A stretch of 14,209 nt of DNA. Origin: Candidatus Nanohalobium sp. (GTDB taxonomy: Archaea; Nanohalarchaeota; Nanosalinia; Nanosalinales; Nanosalinaceae). The notes below the pieces were generated by a model. It did not search any database. It saw only the letters and a program-made list of their open reading frames with translations, and was not told the origin of the DNA. The stretch lies in assembly GCA_042217545.1 (NCBI GenBank), contig JBDGSM010000042.1, positions 11,826 through 26,034 on the forward strand, in the 5' to 3' direction. Position 1 is the first letter of the stretch. The number at the start of each line of letters is the position of its first letter. This document shows positions 1 through 6,525 of this stretch, one piece after another. Both the position numbers and the translations under genes were made by a program.

Positions 1-57
1 GCCGTCAACCTATTAACAGATCTCAGAGGCGAACCTTTCGTCGACCACGACATGTGA
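1..57 (+). CDS. 3' end of an upstream gene, possibly a thioredoxin-reductase-like FAD/NAD(P) oxidoreductase (partial)
   Basis: Frame 1 reads AVNLLTDLRGEPFVDHDM-TGA(55-57) and ends 4 nt before the next ATG (62). The tail resembles the AxNLxSxLxGExxVDHD C-terminus of small TrxB-like oxidoreductases (recalled, not searched). Only 18 aa are visible. Confidence 0.45.
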   Translation, partial: AVNLLTDLRGEPFVDHDM

Positions 58-61
58 GACC

Positions 62-719
62 ATGAAGTATGACGCCATGATCTTTGACTTTGACGGAGCT
101 CTGCTTGACCCACGGATTCGACTGGGCAGACAACGCCAGGAAGGAGAAAGCCCGTGAACTGGGCTATAACAACGATCTCTTTGAACTGAGAGCGCTCTTC
201 GAGGCAGAGAAATCTGCTGAAGCCATGAAACATTTCCTAGAAAGACATGAAATAGATGTAGAGGACCTGAAGACCTGGGAAAAACATGCAGAGCAGACAA
301 AGATAGATCTGGTGAAGAAAGGAGATCTAGGCCTCTATCCAGATGCCAGGAAACTCCTGGAAAATCTTGACGTGCCGAAGGCCCTGGTCAGTAACGCTTA
401 TGGAGAGGCCACGGATCGGATCGTCAGACATATGGGCCTTGACACCGAGTTCGAGTTCTGGAAAGCACCTAGCCTCAATGATATAGAAACCTACGTCGAA
501 AACATGAAGCCCAACCCGGATATGCTTCAGGAGGCAATGAACGCCATGAACTCTGAAAACGCTGTTATGGTCGGTGACTCAAAAACAGATGTAGGAGCGG
601 CGGAGAACGCGGGAATCGACTCCATCTACATCAACAGGTCAGGAGAGACTTTCGAAAAAACAACTTTCAACGCTGAAAGCCTTGAAGAAGTAAGGAAGAT
701 AGTCAGAGACAAGGCCTAG
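62..719 (+). CDS. HAD-superfamily hydrolase (phosphoglycolate-phosphatase-like), frameshifted near nt 107-111 (pseudogene or assembly indel)
   Basis: ATG62 frame gives MKYDAMIFDFDGALLD (HAD motif I, DxD) and then stops at TGA155-157. The next frame (track ORF 84-719) supplies motif II (LVSNA), motif III (KPNP) and motif IV (MVGDSKTDVGAAENAG). The two parts join around GAC-C-CAC (107-113). Confidence 0.85.
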
Positions 720-1444
720 GAGATCTTACCCATCATCTCTTCTGCACCTTCAACCAGTCTGGGTCCAGGCCTGTTCAGCAATGCATCATCGATCACGTAA
801 ACATCTCCGTTCTCCACAGCTGTTATATCCTGCCATCCAGGTCTTGAAAGGACTTTTTCCGTGTCTACATTTTTTCCTGCGCCGCAGACGTTGATGAAGA
901 TGTACTCAGGATCAAAACCTTTCAGTTTCTCCAGTTCAAACTCTCTGCTACGTTCACCTTCCTCGAGAAAATATTTTCCTCCTATCCTTTCTACAAGGCC
1001 TGGTATCCAGTTGCCTGATGCCATTACAGGGTTATTCCATTCCTCGCAGTAGATCCTGGGTGCGCCGGAGACATCTATTCCTGACAGGCCTTCTTTCATC
1101 TCTTTCACGAGTGAATTGGCCTTCTTTTCGGCGTCGAACCTTCTGCCAATCTTTTCTATGCTGCTGTAGATTTCTTCCACGGTCTGCGGAGCAACGTGCA
1201 GTACTTCGAGGCCTTCAAGCTCCTTCTTTATTGGTTCCTGGAGGCTGTCACTTGTCAGGATGAGGTCGGGGTCGATATTCCTGATCCTCTGGAAGTCTAT
1301 GCCTGATGTCCAGCCGCCTACTGACTTCTTTTTCCTGGCTTCCTCAGGGTGATTGCAGAGGCCTGTAGTTGCCACAAGATGTCTTTCAAGGTCCAGACGG
1401 TAGATTATCTCGGTGTTTGAAGGTGCCAGGGAGACTGTTTTCAT
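716..1444 (-). CDS. BtuF/TroA-like helical-backbone (cobalamin/Fe-siderophore) binding protein lacking a signal peptide
   Basis: Typical class III solute-binding motifs: VSLAPSNTEI, VGGW..IDFQRI..IDPDLILT, IYCEEW.NPVMASGNW, FDPEYIF, W.DITAVENGDVYVIDDALLNRPGPRLVEG. An in-frame TAA lies 11 codons upstream of the ATG. Confidence 0.85.
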   Translation of the reverse strand: MKTVSLAPSNTEIIYRLDLERHLVATTGLCNHPEEARKKKSVGGWTSGIDFQRIRNIDPDLILTSDSLQEPIKKELEGLEVLHVAPQTVEEIYSSIEKIGRRFDAEKKANSLVKEMKEGLSGIDVSGAPRIYCEEWNNPVMASGNWIPGLVERIGGKYFLEEGERSREFELEKLKGFDPEYIFINVCGAGKNVDTEKVLSRPGWQDITAVENGDVYVIDDALLNRPGPRLVEGAEEMMGKIS

Positions 1445-1470
1445 CGGAATGTTTGAGAGTTTAATGTTGC

Positions 1471-1478
1471 TTTTTTAA
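1471..1478. promoter_or_regulatory. Candidate shared TATA element of a divergent promoter
   Basis: TTTTTTAA lies at the centre of the 60-nt spacer, 27 nt from both divergent ATGs (1444 minus, 1505 plus). This is the usual spacing for leaderless archaeal mRNAs. Confidence 0.45.
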
Positions 1479-1504
1479 CTAAGAAGGGTTATTTGTTGGT
1501 ATAG

Positions 1505-1831
1505 ATGTTCCTGTCCATCTTTGACATGACCTACAGTATACTTACAGGTGTTATCTCTGTGGTGCTTGCCGTGGTCGCGTCCGCGATTATCTTCGAACTC
1601 AGTACGGATGAGGAGACAGCTCTCCACAGGTTCCATCTGAACCAGGAGGAGTCAGTTATGGATTTCCGTGTCTTCTTCCTTGCCAATATGGTCATGGTCG
1701 CTGCTTTTGTAATCTACTGGATAGGCGCAGTAGCAAATATCCCGTTACTGGAAAGCTTTAACAACTATATAATTTCATTATACGGAGTTTTTCTGGCTTC
1801 GCTGTTCACAAGGTGGTGGAGACGGTTCTGA
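1505..1831 (+). CDS. Small 3-TM membrane protein, hypothetical
   Basis: 108 aa with three hydrophobic stretches, a charged loop ETALHRFHLNQEES and a basic C-terminus TRWWRRF. Confidence 0.75.
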   Translation: MFLSIFDMTYSILTGVISVVLAVVASAIIFELSTDEETALHRFHLNQEESVMDFRVFFLANMVMVAAFVIYWIGAVANIPLLESFNNYIISLYGVFLASLFTRWWRRF

Positions 1832-2235
1832 ACAGCCCGTTAGGCTATATAGTGCAGAACTATCAGGCGGTACAGGCCTTAGCAGGTATAATTCTTTTCT
1901 CGGCGACTGCTTACTACAGTTACGGAATCGTTCAGAACCTGAAGGAGAAACAGGAGTACGCGTTAGCCCGTTTTTTCCTGAAGAGGAAGACAAGCAGGAG
2001 CTTCCTTGTGATCTCTGTCTCAGCACTTATACTTTCGTTCGGTATGACACTGAAGAATATAGGCAAGTTTACAGGCCAGGAAAGCTACGTAGCTATCGCA
2101 TTGATGAGCCACGTACTCATGCTTTTCGGGGTACTCTACTTCACGTTCAATATATATCTTATCACCCGGCCAGGCCTTGACCATGCATCAGGTAGAAAGA
2201 GCAGTGAAGAGGAAAACAAAGAGGAAACCCAGTAG
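1813..2235 (+). CDS. Small 3-TM membrane protein, hypothetical; probable paralog of 1505-1831
   Basis: About 140 aa, GTG start overlapping the upstream gene (exact start uncertain). Three hydrophobic stretches, loop EYALARFFLKRKTS, acidic tail. Confidence 0.75.
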   Translation: MVETVLNSPLGYIVQNYQAVQALAGIILFSATAYYSYGIVQNLKEKQEYALARFFLKRKTSRSFLVISVSALILSFGMTLKNIGKFTGQESYVAIALMSHVLMLFGVLYFTFNIYLITRPGLDHASGRKSSEEENKEETQ

Positions 2236-2290
2236 ATAAGGCCCGGGGTAACAGGAAGCTTTTAGAGCTTCGAGGCCTGACTTCCGTTTT

Positions 2291-3133
2291 ATGAATCACA
2301 GGATTGGAGCACACGTTTCTATTTCTGGAGGAGTTGAAAAAGCAGTGGAGAGACAGGAAGATGCTGGGGGTAACTGCGGACAGATCTTCGCGGGCTCTCC
2401 AAGGACCTGGGCAGTCTCGGAATATGAAGATGAGGATGGAGAAAGATTCCAGGAGCTGCGGGATCAGAAGGATCAGAACCCGTACGTAATCCACTCCACT
2501 TACCTGGTCAACCTGGCAACCCCTAAAGACGATCTATTTGAAAAATCTCTGAAATGCCTTCAGTCCGAGCTTGAAGCAGCGAAAAAACTTGGTGTCGAAT
2601 ACGTCGTCTTCCATCCTGGCGCTCACACCGGCTCAGGTAGAGAGAACGGTATTGAAAGGATCAGTGAAGGCCTTGACGAGCTTGATATACCGGAAGGTGT
2701 TAAAATTTTGCTTGAGAACACCGCAGGTAAAGGGACTACGCTCGGCAAATCCATGGGAGAGCTCCGGGAGATGATGGAGGCCTGTGACACGGACAACGGA
2801 AAGATCGGTGTATGTATAGATACATGCCACGCTCACGCCGCAGGCTACGAGCTGAGGGACGATGAAGGATTTGAAGATTTTCTGCAGGAGATTGAAGAGG
2901 ATCTGGGCCTTGAGAACGTTGATGTCCTGCATCTGAACGATTCAAAGGATGAGAAAGGCAGCGAAAGGGATAACCACGAGCATATCGGTCAGGGAAATAT
3001 AGGCCTTGAAGGCTTCAGGAACGTGGTTAACTCGGAGAACCTGGAGGACAAGCCGATGATCCTGGAGACGCCGGTTGAAGATGACCGGGGATACCGTGAG
3101 AATATCGAGGAGCTTCGGAAGCTGATCGAGTAA
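2291..3133 (+). CDS. nfo: Endonuclease IV (AP endonuclease family 2)
   Basis: Zn-ligand motifs of Endo IV are all present: IGAHVSISGG, HSTYLVNLA, VFHPG, LLENTAG, CIDTCHAHAAGY, HLNDSK, DNHEHIGQG, ILETP. Confidence 0.96.
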   Translation: MNHRIGAHVSISGGVEKAVERQEDAGGNCGQIFAGSPRTWAVSEYEDEDGERFQELRDQKDQNPYVIHSTYLVNLATPKDDLFEKSLKCLQSELEAAKKLGVEYVVFHPGAHTGSGRENGIERISEGLDELDIPEGVKILLENTAGKGTTLGKSMGELREMMEACDTDNGKIGVCIDTCHAHAAGYELRDDEGFEDFLQEIEEDLGLENVDVLHLNDSKDEKGSERDNHEHIGQGNIGLEGFRNVVNSENLEDKPMILETPVEDDRGYRENIEELRKLIE

Positions 3134-3154
3134 GGAGGCCTTGTACCTTCCTGA

Positions 3155-3166
3155 TTTTTCTTTTTT
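3155..3166 (+). terminator. Oligo-T archaeal terminator candidate after nfo
   Basis: TTTTTCTTTTTT about 21 nt downstream of the nfo stop. Confidence 0.5.
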
Positions 3167-3263
3167 AGGCGTTTATCCTTTGTGTTTTTAAGGCTCGTAC
3201 ACTGTTTCTTTTTTGGAAGAAAACTTCCATTTCACAACGAAAATTTTTGAGGTTATAGAAAAG

Positions 3264-3764
3264 ATGTCCAATATTCACAGAGATCAGCGCGTCGGTGTTT
3301 TTGTCGACGTCCAAAATATGTACTACAGTGCTAAAAATCTTTACAATTCTAAAGTGGATTTCGAGAAGCTTCTTGATTCCGCAGTGATGAACAGGGACCT
3401 TATCAGGGCCTCTGCGTACGTTATTCAGGCGGATACTCCGGATGAGAACAATTTCTTTGAAGCGCTTCGTAAGATTGGTTACGAGGTCAAGATTAAGGAG
3501 TTGAAGGAGTTCTATGGCGGTGAGAAGAAAGGTGACTGGGATCTCGGCATGGCAGTCGATATGATCCAGCAGGCCAAAAAGCTTGACACAATCGTTCTTG
3601 TGACTGGTGACGGGGACTTTGCTGTTCTTGTCGACCATCTGAGGGCGATGGGTTGCCGTGTAGAGGTCATGAGCTTTGGTAGAAGCAGTGCGAAAGAGCT
3701 GCGTGAATCCGCTACAAACTTCCTGGATATGGACGAGAAATCCGATAAGTTCCTTGTCGATTAA
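3264..3764 (+). CDS. NYN-domain (LabA/DUF88) PIN-like putative ribonuclease
   Basis: Motifs VFVDVQNMY, KKGDWDLGMAVD, LVTGDGDF, LRAMGCRVEV, ELRESA..F. ATG3264 is preferred over the track's TTG3213 because GAGGT (3249-3253) precedes it and the domain starts there. Confidence 0.9.
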   Translation: MSNIHRDQRVGVFVDVQNMYYSAKNLYNSKVDFEKLLDSAVMNRDLIRASAYVIQADTPDENNFFEALRKIGYEVKIKELKEFYGGEKKGDWDLGMAVDMIQQAKKLDTIVLVTGDGDFAVLVDHLRAMGCRVEVMSFGRSSAKELRESATNFLDMDEKSDKFLVD

Positions 3765-3776
3765 GTGGTGTTTGAG

Positions 3777-4946
3777 ATGAGCAGAGCACGTGATATATCC
3801 GCGGTAGAGGTGATGGAGGAAGAACTTTTCACGGTTAGCAGCGATAAATCAATCTCCCAGATCCGTGACAGGATGGAGGAGAACAATCTCAGGGCTGTAG
3901 CTGTTGTAGATGAGAAGAACCGTCTTGAAGGCGCTATCAGTTACAGGGACCTCATCAGGTACATCCAGTTCAATCCCAAGAAGACGAAGCTGGAGAAAGT
4001 TATGCATACTCCTCCCGAGTTCGAGTCCAGCGACAACCTTATCGAGCTGGCGGATTTAAGGATTAACTCGGGCAGGAAGCTGCTCGTAGCTAAGGAAGGT
4101 AAGAAGCTGAAAGGAGTCGTGAGCGACGAACAGTTCCGCTCGGCACTTCTTGAAGCGGAGGAGATAGATAACGTTTCTACAAGAGATCTGGCGACCTACG
4201 AAGTTATCCACGCATTCGAGGATGACTCCATAGAGAAGGTCAGGCACCAGATGCTCGACAATAATATCTCCCGTGTCCCGATACTGGACGAGAACGGCAA
4301 CCTTGTCGGTGTTCTAAGGAGCACGGATGTCCTGAGAACATTGATCACCCGCGAAGGTCAGGCGCCAGGCGGGACCTCAGGAGACTCGCTTGAGGACACA
4401 CAGATCGCTGGCGGGAACGAGAAACAGGGACTCTCAAAGATAAGAGTTTCCGAGATCATGAACCGGACTCCCACAACACATGAAGGCCATTTCTCAGGTA
4501 AAGAAGCCGTAGAACTGATGAACGACAGGGAAAGCCACGAAGTTATCATCGTGGATGACAAGTACCCTGAAGCCGTCATAACGGTCAAGGACTTCATCCG
4601 TGAGTTAACAAACCTTGAAATGGGTAATGCAGTTCTTGTCAATCTTGTAGGCCTTGACGTTCCAGAGGAGAAAGCAGCAGTTCACGAAAAGATCAAGACC
4701 CAGATCCAGGGCTCCCTGGGACGTAAGTTGGACAATCCCGAAGAGATCAACCTCCATGTTAAGAAAGCCGAAAAGGACGGTAAAGAGCACAGGTACGAAG
4801 TTACACTGAAGCTTTTCTCTGATCTCGGCCAGTTCACAGTTAACGAAGAGGCCTGGGACCTGCTTGAAGTAGTAGACTCAGCACTGGAAGAGTTGAACAC
4901 CCAGGTCAGGAAGAAGAAAGAGAAACGCAAGGAGCACAGGCGTTAA
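3777..4946 (+). CDS. 4xCBS + C-terminal HPF/RaiA-like protein; probable archaeal ribosome hibernation factor (Hib-type)
   Basis: Four CBS repeats (LRAVAVVD..LEGAISYRDL; RKLLV..LKGVVSDE; ISRVPILD..LVGVLRSTDV; HEVIIVD..EAVITVKDF). They are followed by about 100 aa with the HPF pattern INLHVKK..RYEVTLKL..FTVNEEAWDLLEVVDSALEELNTQVRKKKEK. ATG3777 follows GGTG; the alternative start is GTG3765. Confidence 0.8.
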   Translation: MSRARDISAVEVMEEELFTVSSDKSISQIRDRMEENNLRAVAVVDEKNRLEGAISYRDLIRYIQFNPKKTKLEKVMHTPPEFESSDNLIELADLRINSGRKLLVAKEGKKLKGVVSDEQFRSALLEAEEIDNVSTRDLATYEVIHAFEDDSIEKVRHQMLDNNISRVPILDENGNLVGVLRSTDVLRTLITREGQAPGGTSGDSLEDTQIAGGNEKQGLSKIRVSEIMNRTPTTHEGHFSGKEAVELMNDRESHEVIIVDDKYPEAVITVKDFIRELTNLEMGNAVLVNLVGLDVPEEKAAVHEKIKTQIQGSLGRKLDNPEEINLHVKKAEKDGKEHRYEVTLKLFSDLGQFTVNEEAWDLLEVVDSALEELNTQVRKKKEKRKEHRR

Positions 4947-5302
4947 GCGCCAATCTCCTGTTTTTCCATTTTCTCTATTTTATCTTCATCTGTCATTCCG
5001 TACTTCTCCGATATCTTCTTGAATGACATAACGCTCCACATAAGGTAGAGGAAGACAAAGATCAACGCAAGATACAGCGGATACCTTGCGAAGGATATCT
5101 TTCGGAATGCCGCATTGTAAAGTCCCCAGTAAGCGATGTATATTATCAGTACGCCTATAACAAGCATCAATCGATGTGAGAACTCCTTAAGTACGTCCGT
5201 CTCGATCTTCTGAGACGCATTCCAGACTATGAAGAAGCTGATAAGACCTATACTCAGCGTCAGCGACGTATTAATCGATAACAGGGTTAAACTGATAGCC
5301 AT
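4943..5302 (-). CDS. Small 3-TM membrane protein, hypothetical
   Basis: 119 aa, three hydrophobic helices and a charged C-terminal tail. Its stop overlaps the convergent CBS gene stop in TTAA (4943-4946). Confidence 0.75.
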   Translation of the reverse strand: MAISLTLLSINTSLTLSIGLISFFIVWNASQKIETDVLKEFSHRLMLVIGVLIIYIAYWGLYNAAFRKISFARYPLYLALIFVFLYLMWSVMSFKKISEKYGMTDEDKIEKMEKQEIGA

Positions 5303-5333
5303 AAAACGAAATTACCGAGCCCTTCTTAAATAA

Positions 5334-6494
5334 TTACCCAGTCTCCTTGATCTCCACCACCCTCACGTCAGCATCGCTGCCGACCATGGACCTGAACTTC
5401 TGACCACTGTAGTTCCCGGTTACAAGCACAGTAATCTGGTTGTTGCGGAAGTGGATGGAGATAAGATCTTTTCCGAAGAAGTTCTGAGCCTGCATCTCGA
5501 TATGTTTCTCACTGCTGTAACCCTGGTAATGATGGAGGTTGTCGTAACCTATAGGCACAAGTATGAGGCCCAGGACGATCATCGCAGCAGGTATAACCTT
5601 CCTCAACTTCTCAGCCTTCTGCTTCTTGTAGTAAGTCGTCGGCGAGAGGCCTATGATCTTGAAAGAGACATAACCCGAAAGAAGAACAGCAAGGATATTG
5701 ATAGCTGCTATCGAAGCGGCGTGAAGGGCGTAAGTCAGGTTTCCTATCTTGAGGCCTATCCCTGCTCCTGCCAGAGGCGGTACAAGAGCTATCGCAACTG
5801 CTACCCCAGCTATCTGGTCTCTGAAGCCTGTCGCGAAGGTGAAGGCTGCAGCTGCTCCAACGAGGAAAGACAGTAGGACTACGGGCATTCCGAAGGAGAC
5901 GATGATCTGTAGAGCTGGAGTCATCGTGACAGGGAACGGCAGGACTGCGATGTAGGAGATGGCTATCGCCATCAGGAAGCTTAGGAGGCCTGAAACGAGG
6001 CTTTCCTTCATCAATGAGCTGTCGCCTATCGCGAGAGAGATAGCTCCTGATACGAAAGGCGAGAGAAGAGGTGCAAGCATCATCGCCCCTATGACCACGA
6101 TGAGATTGTTCAGTATGAGGCCGTAGGACGCGATAGCGGATGAGAGCGCGACTAAGGCCCACTGAGCCTTGGAGAAGCCCGAGAATCCCTGGGCCTTGCT
6201 GTAGATCTCTTTCTGTGACAGGAGGGAAGCGCTACCTCTCGTCTTCTGCCCTTTCTGTATCAGGCTTTCCTGTTCAAGTATCCTTATAGAAAGGTCTCCG
6301 GACTCGATCTCCGTGTCCTTCAGCTCTTCCGTGAGATCGTCTATATCGTCCGCGTCCACAGTCGCTGTGAACTCAAGCACCTCGTCTCCCTGCTTCTCAG
6401 CCTCGCTGGAGGTTATATCGTTGCTGTACTTGTCGAGGACCTTGTCAACCTCCTCGTTGAACTCCTTCGGGACGGTGACCTGTACCTGTCTCAC
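5334..6494 (-). CDS. TIGR00341/DUF389 family membrane protein
   Basis: N-terminal MRQVQVTVP soluble domain, then a multi-TM region with the DUF389 motifs LSSAIASYGL, VVIGAMMLAPLLSP and IAGVAVAIALVPPL. GTG start. Confidence 0.88.
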   Translation of the reverse strand: MRQVQVTVPKEFNEEVDKVLDKYSNDITSSEAEKQGDEVLEFTATVDADDIDDLTEELKDTEIESGDLSIRILEQESLIQKGQKTRGSASLLSQKEIYSKAQGFSGFSKAQWALVALSSAIASYGLILNNLIVVIGAMMLAPLLSPFVSGAISLAIGDSSLMKESLVSGLLSFLMAIAISYIAVLPFPVTMTPALQIIVSFGMPVVLLSFLVGAAAAFTFATGFRDQIAGVAVAIALVPPLAGAGIGLKIGNLTYALHAASIAAINILAVLLSGYVSFKIIGLSPTTYYKKQKAEKLRKVIPAAMIVLGLILVPIGYDNLHHYQGYSSEKHIEMQAQNFFGKDLISIHFRNNQITVLVTGNYSGQKFRSMVGSDADVRVVEIKETG

Positions 6495-6525
6495 AGGAGA
6501 GGATTGTCAGGCCTTGGTTAATTAG

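Noticed and set aside
84..110. TTG84 start (MTLTELCLT) of the HAD ORF
   Set aside because: It is an out-of-frame reading of the true motif I that starts at ATG62.
1505..2235. Antiparallel (dual-topology, SMR/Fluc-like) heterodimer
   Set aside because: In both proteins most K/R residues fall in loop 1 and the C-terminus, predicting the same orientation. No SMR or Fluc signature is visible.
3213..3263. TTG3213 N-terminal extension of the NYN gene
   Set aside because: It lies in a T-rich leader. ATG3264 has an SD-like GAGGT and coincides with the domain start.
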